Assembly (NCBI RefSeq): GCF_006345805.1 | Contig: NC_043002.1 | Location: 47,182,001-47,246,000 of the forward strand | Direction: 5' to 3' | Origin: Octopus sinensis | Taxonomy: Eukaryota | Length of the DNA stretch: 64,000 nt | Shown: positions 14,282 through 26,957 of the stretch, piece after piece | Position numbering within the stretch: the stretch's first letter is position 1 | Layout: each line of letters begins with the position of its first letter | Notes under the pieces: model-generated | What the model was told of the DNA's origin: nothing | The model's database searches: none | Seen by the model: the letters and a program-made list of their open reading frames with translations, nothing else | Made by a program: the position numbers and the translations under genes

Positions 14282-15779
14282 CACACGCACACATACATAC
14301 ATAATATAAATATCACACAAATACACCTAGCATATATATACACACATACAATACACACATACAGCATGTAAGTAATATACATACACAATATATGCATGCA
14401 ATATACATACGCAATACATACATATAATATATATATATATAGACAATGCATATACATATATACACATATACATATAAATAGTGTTTACATACACATACAT
14501 AGATGTACCACATATACACACAACACACATACATACAATGCATACACGTACGCATACATATAATATATATATACACACACACACACATAACATACATACA
14601 CACACAATGCATACATATATATACACGCAATGCATATACATGTATTCATGCACATATAGCACACCTACAATATACATTTTTTAAAAAAGGCGTCAACATT
14701 GAAACTGACATCCATTACAAACCCACTGACTCTAAACAATACCTTCTATTCACCTCCAATCACCCAAAACACACAAAGACAAATATCCCCTTCAACCTAG
14801 CGAGAAGAATCTGCACTATTGTCTCAAATGACACAACACGAAATAGAAGACTCCGGGAACTAAGGGCAATTCTTCTCGAAAGACATTACCCGGCATCACT
14901 AGTAGACAACGGAATAGAACGGGCCAAATCAATCAACATTCAAGACCTTCGAAAACCCAAACACATCCACAGTACAGTCAATAGCCTCCCTTATCTCTCA
15001 ACACACAACCAAGGAATGCAGAAGCTTACACTATTATATACAACAACATTCCACAACTAAATCAAGACCCACGCCTGAAAAAAATACTGGCAGCTCATAA
15101 AATAATAAAAAGTAAGAGACAACCTAAATCCCTAAAAAACCTCCTCACCAACGCAAAATTACACAACACAAACCCACCGCCCACCATCAAAAAATGTGGT
15201 CGCCCCAACTGTAAGACCTGCATCCACCTCATTGAGGGATCGTCGTACAAGTTCCACTCGGGACACACATTCATCATAAAAAATAACTTCAGGTGCGCAT
15301 CAAAAAAAAAATTTACTCTACGTCATAAGGTGTGAAGGATGCCACGAAGACTACATAGGGCAAACGAGCCTTACCCTCAGAGACAGAATGACAGTTCACC
15401 GACAACAACTGAGGGACCCCTCCACAAGACAGATACCACTAAGTGGACACTTAGACCTTTGTGCACACAATAAGTCCCCCAAATTCTTAGTCTTCCCACT
15501 ATACCAATGCTCGGACAACACCACAGACCAAACACGAATAAATAAGGAAAGTAATCTTATTCAAAAATACAGACCACAACTAAACATACTCTAACATACC
15601 CCCTGGAAGCACATCCAGAGCAAGCACACAGGGACGCACGCACGCTCACAGCATATCGTGCGGGCGGGCACATGCGCGCATCGGCACGCATAGGACACAC
15701 TAGCGGGCATTGACCGCACACATACGTGGCATGCACACGCATGCATTATATATATGTAGGTGATGTATGTGTGTGAGTG

Positions 15780-15811
<32 letters not shown>

Positions 15812-15986
15812 ACTGTGTGCGTGTGTGTGTATATGTGTGTGTGCGCGCGTTGTATGTGTGTGTGTGTGTGCACGTGTGTATATATGTGTGTGTGTGTGTG
15901 CACTGTGTGCGGGTGTGTGTGTATGTGTGTGTGTGTGTGTGTGAGCATTGTGTACGTGTGTATGTATTTACATATGTATCTGTTTT

Positions 15987-16025
<39 letters not shown>

Positions 16026-17770
16026 TGTGTGTGTATATGCATGGTATGTGTGTATATGTTAGTACTTTGTTTGTGTGTATGTGCGGCATGTAGAGATATA
16101 TTTGAGTGTGTACGCTATAGGTTTGTAATTTGTGTGTGCGGGGGGTGGGGAATTTTTTATATATATATATGTGTGTGTATGTGTGTGAAAAAATATATGT
16201 ATGTGCATGTATGTATGTATGTATGTATGTGTGTATATATGTGTATATATATGTGTATATATATGTGTGTGTGTGTGTATGTGTGTGTGTGTGTATATTT
16301 ATTTGCATGTTTATGTGTGTATAAACATGTACATTATTTGCATTGTGTATATGTATATTGTATGTATGTGTATTGTATATGTACGTGTACAATTAAGTGT
16401 TTATATTTGTGTGTATGTGTGCACTGTATATATGTATATTGTAGGTGTGCTATATGTGCATGAATACATGTATATGCATTGCGTGTATATATATGTATGC
16501 ATTGTGTGTGTATGTATGTTATGTGTGTGTGTGTGTATATATATATTATATGTATGCGTACGTGTATGCATTGTATGTATGTGTGTTGTGTGTATATGTG
16601 GTACATCTATGTATGTGTATGTAAACACTATTTATATGTATATGTGTATATATGTATATGCATTGTCTATATATATATATATTATATGTATGTATTGCGT
16701 ATGTATATTGCATGCATATATTGTGTATGTATATTACTTACATGCTGTATGTGTGTATTGTATGTGTGTATATATATGCTAGGTGTATTTGTGTGATATT
16801 TATATTATGTATGTATGTGTGCGTGTGTTGTGGTGTGTGTGTGGTGTGTGTGTGTGTGTTGTGTGTGTATGTGTGTTATATATCTGTGTATGTTATATAT
16901 AGATACATGTTATATTTGTGTGCTGTGTGTATATGTGATATATGTGGGTGCGTTGTGTGTGGGTGTGTGTGTTGTGTGTGTGTGTGTTGTTTGTATGTGG
17001 TGTGTGTTTGTATACTATGTGTGTGTGAGTGTGTGTTGCTGTGTGTGTGTGTGTGTTTGTGTGTATATATATGTGTGTGACAAACAGACGCTGTCTGACC
17101 AGCAGGCACTCACACATCTATTCACACCCGCATACTAACCTCCTGATAACCCCAAAATCATTCATGCATAAAGGGGAAGTATACACCACATTGGCTACTT
17201 CTTCTGTTCTCTCAGTTCAGCCTTTCTGCTAATACTGACAGGTCAGTAAAAACATACTTAAAATATTCTGAGATGTACAAAAAATCCATTTTAATTTTTG
17301 CTGTCAAAACGCTGTATATATATACCAAAGATTGTATATATATACATGTAATGTGACAATTTGCGACAACCAATAATTAACGCAACCAATTCCCAATAAT
17401 ATATTTGTTTTATCCTTTTCTGCCAAATTTTCCCAAATAATGTGACAATTATGTATAAAAAAAAACATTTTTGAATTCATAATATCCAATGTGACAATTA
17501 TGTAAAAAACTTTTTTGAATGCATAATATTCAATGTGACAATTATGTAAAAAACTTTTTTTGAACCCATAATATCCATGTGACAATTATGTAAAAAACTT
17601 TTTTGAATGCATAATATTCAATGTGACAATTATGTAAAAAACTTTTTTTGAACCCATATTATTCAATGTTTCCTTAAATGTAACTTTTGACAATCTTTTA
17701 CCAAAGAGTGAAACCGGTTAAGTAAATAAACATCGTTTAAATTGCATTTTCAAACCTTTTTTCTTATATA
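13339..17770 (+). mobile_element. 5'-truncated Penelope-like element with ~1.34-kb inverted pLTR arms
   Basis: 13339-14677 is the reverse complement of 16432-17770; 14678-15594 encodes the RT thumb (ETDIHYKPTDSKQYL..SNHPKH...FNLARRICTIVS...RHYP) and GIY-YIG (CGRPNCKTC...YIGQT..LRDRMTVH) with frameshifts. Confidence 0.9.
17430..17660. repeat. ~44-bp minisatellite inside the pLTR (mirror copy at ~13450-13670)
   Basis: aatgtgacaattatgtaaaaaactttttt.. repeated 5-6 times in two alternating variants. Confidence 0.8.
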
Positions 17771-17800
17771 ATCCCACTCGTGCGATACCCCACAACTCAA

Positions 17801-17840
<40 letters not shown>

Positions 17841-17846
<6 letters not shown>

Positions 17847-18782
17847 TAGATAAACTTAGATATGTTTCGACCAAAGATTGGTCCAGGCTATGTCTAACTT
17901 AATAGCACCACCTGATAGGATTATTTGAATCCTGTTTAAGTCAAGTTTTGTTTATGGTCCATTCAAGTAGTGAGTTTTTGTTGGGTGAGTTGTATCCAAT
18001 TATGGGTGGCTTAGCTGGTATTCCTTGAAGGAATCTATCCAGACTCCGTTTAAAGTTGATGGGATCCTTTTCCTCTTTGATCTCTTTCGGGACAATGTTA
18101 AATAGGGCAGGGCCTGTTGAGGAAAAGAAATTATGTTGCAGTGTACATGTATGCTGTGATCTTGAATTGGGCAGGGGACGTATGGCCCGTGGTCCCAGTC
18201 TTGGATGAACCTTGAAGCTAATGTTCAGGTAGTTGGGCAAAGTTGGCGGTATATTCTCCACATCGTACAAATGATGTACCGCTCACGGCGACGCTGGAGA
18301 GGGTAGAGTTTCAAGGCTTTAAGGCGATCCCAATAATCGAGAGCAGCCATGCCTTCAATTCGTTTAGTGAGTGCCCTCTGGGGTGATTCAATCCTCGAGA
18401 TGTTTTGTCTTGTATGGGGAGACCACAGTGGGTAGCAGTATTCGAGGTGTGGCCGTACAAATGAGGAGAAAAGTGGTATGATGACACCTTGTTCTCTGGA
18501 CCGGAATGTTCTTAAGATCCAGGAACTCATCCTACGAGCTATATCGACCTTATTGTTGATGTGTGCACTCCAACTGAGATCGTCATCAACAATTACACCC
18601 AGGTCTCTGATATTGTTAGAGGCTGTGAGCGGTTCCTCTGAAGGAAGAGAGCATGGCTGTTTTAGTGAGGAATTTCTTCCAAAATGCATCAGCTCAAATT
18701 TTCCTTCGTTCAGTTGCATTTTGTTTCTGTCTGCCCATTGACTCACAGCATATAGATCAGACTGGAGTTGATCTATATCCAT
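17841..18782 (-). mobile_element. CR1/L2-group LINE 3' fragment, copy A (frameshifted)
   Basis: RDLGVIVDDDLSW..VRPHLEYC..WSP..LQRRRERY RT C-terminus; 3' tail (ATCTAAGTTT)n running into (TA)n. Confidence 0.85.
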
Positions 18783-18894
18783 ATAGATATATGTATGTAC
18801 GTATATATATATACATGCATATATGTATATAGAGACATATCTATATCTATCAATCTATCTTTATATATATATATATATATTATATATATATATA

Positions 18895-19837
18895 TAAACT
18901 TAGATAAACTTAGATATGTTTCGACCAAAGATTGGTCCAGGCTATGTCTAACTTAATAGCACCACCTGATAGGATTATTTGAATCCTGTTTAAGTCAAGT
19001 TTTGTTTATGGTCCATTCAAGTAGTGAGTTTTTGTTGGGTGAGTTGTATCCAATTATGGGTGGCTTAGCTGGTATTCCTTGAAGGAATCTATCCAGACTC
19101 CGTTTAAAGTTGATGGGATCCTTTTCCTCTTTGATCTCTTTCGGGACAATGTTAAATAGGGCAGGGCCTGTTGAGGAAAAGAAATTATGTTGCAGTGTAC
19201 ATGTATGCTGTGATCTTGAATTGGGCAGGGGACGTATGGCCCGTGGTCCCAGTCTTGGATGAACCTTGAAGCTAATGTTCAGGTAGTTTGGGCAAAGTTG
19301 GCGGTATATTCTCCACATCGTACAAATGATGTACCGCTCACGGCGACGCTGGAGAGGGTAGAGTTTCAAGGCTTTAAGGCGATCCCAATAATCGAGAGCA
19401 GCCATGCCTTCAATTCGTTTAGTGAGTGCCCTCTGGGGTGATTCAATCCTCGAGATGTTTTGTCTTGTATGGGGAGACCACAGTGGGTAGCAGTATTCGA
19501 GGTGTGGCCGTACAAATGAGGAGAAAAGTGGTATGATGACACCTTGTTCTCTGGACCGGAATGTTCTTAAGATCCAGGAACTCATCCTACGAGCTATATC
19601 GACCTTATTGTTGATGTGTGCACTCCAACTGAGATCGTCATCAACAATTACACCCAGGTCTCTGATATTGTTAGAGGCTGTGAGCGGTTCCTCTGAAGGA
19701 AGAGAGCATGGCTGTTTTAGTGAGGAATTTCTTCCAAAATGCATCAGCTCAAATTTTCCTTCGTTCAGTTGCATTTTGTTTCTGTCTGCCCATTGACTCA
19801 CAGCATATAGATCAGACTGGAGTTGATCTATATCCAT
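18895..19837 (-). mobile_element. CR1/L2-group LINE 3' fragment, copy B (tandem duplicate of A)
   Basis: 280-aa ORF 18995-19837; near-identical to copy A at a ~1054-bp period. Confidence 0.85.
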
Positions 19838-19958
19838 ATAGATATATGTATGTACGTATATATATATACATGCATATATGTATATAGAGACATATCTATA
19901 TCTATCAATCTATCTTTATATATATATATATATATATAAATATATATAATTTAGTCAT

Positions 19959-20068
19959 TATTTACATTTGACGGATATTTCTTCCCATCTTGTTTGATGA
20001 CAAATATCCGTCAAATGTAAATAATGTAAATAATGTACATAATTCCTCATCTCTTAAATATAGAACTG
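19959..20068 (+). mobile_element. 110-bp fold-back insertion (3' tail of the HHR-SINE family) with 14-bp TSD
   Basis: TATAATTTAGTCAT at 19945-19958 and 20069-20082; internal 21-bp perfect stem; tail matches the reverse complement of 22159-22210. Confidence 0.75.
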
Positions 20069-20100
20069 TATAATTTAGTCATATTTTTACTCTTTATCAG

Positions 20101-20192
20101 GCATCTGGATAGCATATATACATGCGTTTTGAGTAATGGAAGATGTAAAATGCCATCTGACTGGCAGAAAAAATACAGTCAATATGCTTGCG
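20101..20192 (+). CDS. Exon 3 (B-type, phase 2 to 1)
   Basis: Acceptor tttactctttatcAG, donor GTaagt; 92 nt reads HLDSIYTCVLSNGRCKMPSDWQKKYSQYAC. Confidence 0.85.
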
Positions 20193-20325
20193 GTAAGTAG
20201 TAAGATTTTAAAGCAAAATTTAGAATAGTAATGTGCTAATGTTTAATGAATACTGTTTAAGCACTTCTCGTTCGTTCAAAACTCTATATCACTGTTGTTC
20301 AATTTGCAAAAAGAAAATTAGAATT

Positions 20326-20530
20326 TGACCTCAGGACGCACAGATAGGGGAGAAATGCCTAGCGGCATTTCTTCCGTCTGTGTGCGTTCTGAGGTCAAAT
20401 TCCCCACAGATCGACTTTCTTTTTCATTCTTTAGAGGTCGATAAAATAACAGTGTAGTACTTGGGTCGAAGTCATCGACTGGTCCAAGTTCTTTCAAAAT
20501 TGTTGTTCTTATGCTAAAACTAGAAAAAAT
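20326..20530 (+). mobile_element. Degenerate SINE (family of 62720-62930)
   Basis: gaaatgcctagcggcatttc..cgttctgaggtcaaattcc..tcgacttt..ggtcgataaa shared motifs. Confidence 0.55.
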
Positions 20531-20754
20531 TATAATACATTGTGAACCGTAAGAGATTGCAAAGTGTTAAATCTTTTATTATTCAACAGCCTATTTTCCT
20601 ACTGAATTTAATTTGAATATTCCAAAGTAAAAGTCATTCTTTATGAATATTCTGCAGTATTAATATGATATTTTTCTATTTCAGATAATATATATAAATT
20701 AGTCTCTTTTTCCCCATTATCTGGTTGCTAAAGGGTGTTTGAAAATCTGCGAAA

Positions 20755-21760
20755 ATGTCAAAAGGAGTGCAATTAAAGTCAGCTGAGGCAGAAAAAATAA
20801 TAAAATTACTATCTGGAGGAAAAAATACCCTATCAATCGCAAACATATTGACGCGAGATCACTGCACAATTAAGAAGTTTGTTGCAGACGGCAAGGTATC
20901 CAATGTTCCTCCAATAAAGACTAAACCCAAGGCCCTTAAACACCAAGTTGAACGAAAACTGAAGTATACAACGGGAAAAAATCCCCATACAGTGAGTAGT
21001 AAGATTTTTGAGGCTGCTGGCATCAACAATGTGCCGAAAAGCATCAGAAATACTTATTTAAGAAAGCTTGGTAGTGTCAAAAAGATGGGAAATTCACCTC
21101 CCCTTTCGAGAAACTATCGAAAGGTTGGCATGAGCAGAAAAATATATGAAACAAATTTTTCCTGATGTCCTATGGACAGACGAGTGTGGAGCAATACTGG
21201 ATGGTCCAGACGACCGGGATAAAGTCTGGCTGCTTAGTGGAGAAAATAGCCAAATTTTTATAAGGAGATAACAAATGGGAGAAGAGGTGATGTTCTGGGT
21301 TGGATTTCATGGGAGTACAATAATAAGTCCTTTCAGAGTTGCATAAGGAGTTAAAATAAATTCTGTAAACAAAAGTCAATTACTGAGTGATAATTTCCTT
21401 CGTTGATATCAAAGTCAATCAGCAGAGAAAAAAGCATCGATTATTTTCATGCAGGACAATGCTCATCATATGCCTCAAAATATTCTATGAAGTGGTTGAA
21501 TGATAATAACATTTCGGAATCGAGTATTATGACTTGGCCGCCAAATAGTCCTGACCTTAATCTAATAGAGAATTCATGATCCATCATTAACAGAAAAGTT
21601 TATGAGAATGTTAAGCAATATACCTGCTTAAATCTATCTGGAGAACAATATGTGATGCATGTTATAGAGTACCAATGTAACAACTAGAAAATCCTGTCTC
21701 TTAAGTTGACAAGAGGCTTCTGGGATTGATTAAAATGAAAGGAGGGAGTATTTTAAGATA
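20755..21760 (+). mobile_element. Tc1-type transposase pseudogene
   Basis: HTH-like N-terminal ORF, then LWTDEC (~21175), FMQDNA (~21450), WPPNSPDLNLIEN (~21535) with stops and frameshifts. Confidence 0.85.
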
Positions 21761-22154
21761 TTGAATATCATAATTTGTTATATGATTACTATTCAATTTT
21801 GTTCAACTTTCTAAAATATTATACCAAGGTATATTGTCTCTCAAATACATGCTAATAGACATGTTCAAATAAGTGTTTATTTAGTTTAAAAATGATTTAT
21901 TTTACATTTGCAAACTCATGTTGGTCAGTATGTAATCGTTCATTCTTCTTATTTGTCCAATTGTTTTTAACTCGATAATATTGAGAAGTTGTATTTGATA
22001 CTTTAATTTGCGATACAATTTTCTATGTACTGATTCACACACATTTTTTCATTATTTCCCTTGATTTTTTTACTACGCCGTTTCTTTGCAAATGCAAATT
22101 CTTTGTTTGCTGTGTAGATTCCTCTTTTTATAGTTGAACAGACAAATCTTTTGA

Positions 22155-22368
22155 GTAATACAGTTCTACATTTAAAAGATGAGGAATTATGTACATTATT
22201 TACATTATTTACAATTGCTGGATATTTGGCCTCATCTTGTTGTTAACAGAACGTTTCGGCTGATATACCCTCTATAGCCTTTATCAGGTGTCTTGGGGAA
22301 ATTTCGAAACTGGGTACTCATTCCTAAGGTATTTTTCAATGTTGTTGTTGTTGTTATTATTATTATTA

Positions 22369-22433
<65 letters not shown>

Positions 22434-22461
22434 ATTATAATTATTATCATCATCATCATCA

Positions 22462-22522
<61 letters not shown>

Positions 22523-22527
22523 CATCA

Positions 22528-22569
<42 letters not shown>

Positions 22570-22733
22570 TATTATTATTATTAGTATTATTATTCAAGTC
22601 ACTGCCTGGAATTGAACTCGGAATCTAAGGGTTAGTAGTCCGCGCTCTTAACCACTACGCCACGGGCATATGGCGTAGTTATTAAGAGCGCAAGGACTAA
22701 CCCCTAGACTCTGAGTTCGATTCCAGGTAGTGA

Positions 22734-22799
<66 letters not shown>

Positions 22800-22953
22800 C
22801 AACAACAACAACATCGAAAAATACCTTAGGAATGAGAACCCAGGTTCGAAATTTCCCCAAGACACCTGATGAAGGCTGGAGGGTATATCAGCCGAAACGT
22901 TGAGTTAACAACAAACAAGATGAGGACAATTATCCGGCAATTGTAAATAATGT
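22155..22953. mobile_element. Head-to-head palindromic pair of tRNA-headed SINEs with PLE-type HHR tail
   Basis: Arms meet near 22665; A-box TGGCGTAGTGG, B-box GAGTTCGATTC, (AAT)n, HHR; flanked by 11-bp direct repeat AAATCTTTTGA (22144-22154, 22954-22964). Confidence 0.85.
22862..22905 (+). ncRNA. Minimal type I hammerhead motif
   Basis: ACAC CTGATGA A GGCTG..CAGCC GAAA CG T T GAGT; canonical core, palindromic stem III, one stem I mismatch. Confidence 0.6.
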
Positions 22954-23699
22954 AAATCTTTTGAAGCTATGTTACCATTGAAGAAAAGGCACCTTTTCTA
23001 ATAAGGAGTCATATAATTTAGCCATAACATCATCTGTTATATATATATGTGAATATAACATTTGATGTTATCACTAAATTGTTCAAACTCTGCGAGGCAG
23101 TGTAATAATCAACATAGAAAAGAAAAATATGGCTTACAGTTTTATTTATACGTAGGGTCAGTAAACGAGGTTATAGTAGTAGTCTGCAGTTTAGTGGTAC
23201 AAGTAGAATGACAAAAAAATGACTCTCGCGCACCCTTAGATGTGTGCCTGTTAGAAAAACGCACAGCGCGTGGAAGAGAACATTAGACCGTTGATGATCT
23301 CTGGGTGCTCCTGTTTATATATACTGGAATGTATAACCGAGAACAAAGGAGTGTAATTAACTCAAACTAAGATACATTTTCTAGTATTAATACCGAAAAC
23401 TAAGGAAAAGATCTCGTAGGAAAATCTAGGCTTAGGTTTCGATTCTTGGTTAAGAATAAAAAAAGCGATTTCTTACATACACTCACACACACAGACACAT
23501 GGTGCGTCACCTATTGGAGAACAAAACGCTTAAGATACATAAGTGGTTCAAACTTTAACTAATTATCTTGTTTTCCCAGTTCCGACATGTAAGGTTCTTT
23601 TCTGGCGAACACAATGGAAAGGCATGCCGTTTTTATAGCCTTAACCGCTAAGCACAGTGATTCTGAGAGTGCATCCTAGTCAAATGTTACCATATCCTT

Positions 23700-24300
23700 C
23701 ATGTTTAAGAGCAGAAAAAGTGCTCCTATCCTCTGGCGGAAATGTGTCTTCCGAGGCCAAAATAAAGACATACTCTCAACGGTCAGACGTTGTCCGTTAA
23801 GTCGAATTTGTCCAGCAAGTCCAGGGCAACATCATCGAGAATCCCGTGAAGTCAATGAGGTTCATTGCCAATCATCTCCATTAGAAGTATTGTGCATGAA
23901 TATATCAGGTGAAAACACCATGGGAAGAGAAGACGCGGGAAAACCATGTTATCTGGTCGAATTGTTTGCTTAATATCGAGGAGCCCGATATGCTTTGGGT
24001 GAGAAAAACTTTGTCCAAGATCAAAAAATGAACAAGATGAATGATAAATGGTTCTGAGGCAGCCCCAATGAAGTCCCCGCTGTTATGCACACCAAGTTCT
24101 TATGGTCTGGGCTAGTCTTTTGGATCGTGAGCAATGAAGGTTATATCATTGATTCTCACATTTTCCCGCATGGCCTTAAGGGCAATGCAGCAACCTACAT
24201 CAAGATATTGGAGACGTGTCTGAATCAATAGAAATGTGGGGCATTCGTGATCCAGAAAGACTCTGCTCCTTTTCACACAGCTTGCAAGACCCAAGGGGAG
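23700..24300 (+). mobile_element. Tc1/mariner-superfamily transposase remnant
   Basis: PNEVPAVMHTKF...VSNEG...FPHGLKGNAATYIKILE...FVIQKDSAPFHTA read from ~24060; degraded. Confidence 0.7.
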
Positions 24301-24411
24301 TACTATAGTTGTGGCCAAAAGTTTGGAACATATCTTTAAAAATTAAAACTGTTATACCCTAGTACAATTCGATACAAATATATACAACGAAGGGATATAC
24401 TTACCTAATAA

Positions 24412-24476
<65 letters not shown>

Positions 24477-25382
24477 TTATCATAACGTTCAGCAGTTTTA
24501 TGGCGTAGAGAGGACGTTTATCATCCTTATCAGTCTTTCTGCATAGTATTTTGTGTCTGCTGGTATTTGTTGTAGTCAAATGACAATTATAATGGGCTAT
24601 GTTTAATATTTGTATTGTACTTTTTAGAGTTCTGTGAATCAGTTGGTTATATTTTAGGGAGTCAGCAACAAATTGAAGTTGTGTATATCAAATGGAAGAG
24701 AGACCTGACAATATTGATACATGTAACTTAGAAAACCATTCATGGGGTATTTTGGGTAACGTATATTATGTGATTAGTTTGAAAGTAAAGAAAATAGTTT
24801 ATTCAGGAGCTATTCACGAATAATTTATTCAGGAGTTTATTCAGGAGATATTATGAAGTATTATGATCAGGTTAAAAGCATTATTACAAACTAATCTTGA
24901 CTTCATTTGGAATTTTTGAAGTATTTTCAAACTGGTCGAAGAAATGTTTTTATTGCTTGGCAATAGAAAGTCTATTTCAAAATAGTAAGTCTCTTTAACT
25001 ATAAAAGAATATGCTTTCTAGGTAGAATAAGTCTACTGAGAAACTTTGTGTTAAGGTTTCTTGCTTCAAGGCATTACTGTATTTATTGCAATGTTTTTCC
25101 TTTGGTGTTTTTCCTTTGTTGAATGTTCAATATGCAAAAGAATGCTTTTAGGAAATTTTGAGGTCATCAAAGGTTAAAGTGTTATAAAATGAAACGAAAA
25201 GTCATGACCATTGCTTGTACCATGAAGAAAATATGTGATGCTATCAAATATCAGAGTGAAGTAAAAGAATAATTAGCATTGATTAAGAATTGTATAAGCT
25301 GGGAAGTGTATAAATTTAATGATTACCATAAGTGTAAGGAAAGAATGGCTTTTATTAAAGTAAGTGAAAAATTCATAAAAAA

Positions 25383-25525
25383 TCTTCTTCTTCTTCTTCT
25401 TCTTCTTCTTCTTCTTCTTCTTCTTCTTCTTCTTCTTCTTCTTCTTCTTCTTCTTCTTCTTCTTCTTCTTCTTCTTCTTCTTCTTCTTCTTCTTCTTCTT
25501 CTTCTTCTTCTTCTTCTTCTTCTTC
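25383..25525. repeat. (CTT)n microsatellite
   Basis: Direct reading; explains the poly-Leu and poly-Glu ORFs. Confidence 0.95.
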
Positions 25526-25694
25526 CAACAGCTGTTGCTGTTGTTTAGCTCCAGGCCAGTAGTTTTGGGGAGAAAGTAAGTACAATATTTATTTTACTGA
25601 AAGGATGTTACATTTTCAAAGTTAACATGTTGCTAGGAAAGTGTTCGAATTAAGTTGTATTTCTATGTGAATTTATAATTCATATCAATTGCAG

Positions 25695-25758
25695 AATCGC
25701 TTTGTTATAAAATTCCAAAACCAAGTTTGACTGGTTTGAAAGAAAAACAGAAATGCGA
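25695..25758 (+). CDS. Exon 4 (short A-type, phase 1 to 2)
   Basis: Acceptor tcaattgcAG, donor GTaagt; 64 nt reads (E)SLCYKIPKPSLTGLKEKQKC(D); only 2 Cys. Confidence 0.75.
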
Positions 25759-26957
25759 GTAAGTAATTTTTGTTACGTAAGTACATTGATATGTTTAATG
25801 CAATATTATAAGAGAAATGTTCATCAGTAAAACATGGAAAATATGTTAGTAAATTAGGTGTGAATAAAATATTAGTGTTCTATTTTAGATAATGAAATTT
25901 AGCTTCACGATGTATTAGTTATATATTACTCTAGATTTTAGGGAAAATAACTGTGACATATCATTGACATGAACACGAACCCAATAAAATATTGATATTA
26001 CAAAAGTGAAGATCATCAACCATAGAAAGGCCTATTATTTTCATAAAATCTTCACTTAACAAAATGTTCTTCTAACTTGCACTTCTTGCTAAGTTAAGAT
26101 CATTAAGAGTCACTAGAAACATTTTTCAAATAGATTGCAGTGGTAAGAAAACACTGGAATCTAGTTTGCTTCTTTAATGCACTGTGTAATAGTATAATTT
26201 TCCAGTGGAAGTTATTGCACTTCATCCAGGACTTTTTACTAAAGAAATCTGTTTACCTGTGGTCGAATAGTTCCCCAAATAAACTAGCATCATATTTTAT
26301 AGGAATTAATTTTCATTCTTCAATTTATCAAACAATTATCTCAAAAATTAAATATTTCATTGAGATATTATCATCAGCATATCAGAACAGTGGGGCTGAT
26401 TAAAGTAGTAGAAAATAATAGATCACTAAACCTAAAGACATTCAGTATTTAATTTTGTCCTGATACATGATGAGTTAAGATACTGTTGTGATTGGCATTT
26501 CGTTTTCACTTCTCTGAAAATTGATAAAATAAATACAAGTCATGTCCTGAAACAAATTATATCAGGTATGGTGTCCTAAAATGATTTGGTTTTAAATAAA
26601 TATGCGATATTATTTTCCTCTCGCCAATTTTGGTTGAAATGGTAAATTTACATTGATATTGTTTTATAAATCCTATTTTCGCACACTTATTCTATTCACT
26701 GTAAACAAGAATATTAATTTCTGGAATAAGCGCAAAGTCATAAATATTTCGGGCTAAAGTACAGTTGTATCAATCAAATATACTATATGGCAAGTACTTC
26801 TATTTGTCAGATCTAGAAAGAGCTAATTTGAACATGGATAGATTTAAATTATATCCATAGATACAGTCAGTTCCTTTGTTCTCAGCATTACAATTTATTC
26901 CAATCTTTTGTAAGAGAAAATGTTAAATTCTTACTTTAATTGCAATATATTTTTTAG

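Noticed and set aside
17430-17660. Regularly spaced ~44-bp repeats resembling a CRISPR array
   Set aside because: Head-to-tail minisatellite without unique spacers, eukaryotic context, no cas genes
22600-22740. tRNA-like sequences with A and B boxes
   Set aside because: No complete cloverleaf or acceptor stem; they are SINE heads attached to (AAT)n and a mobile tail
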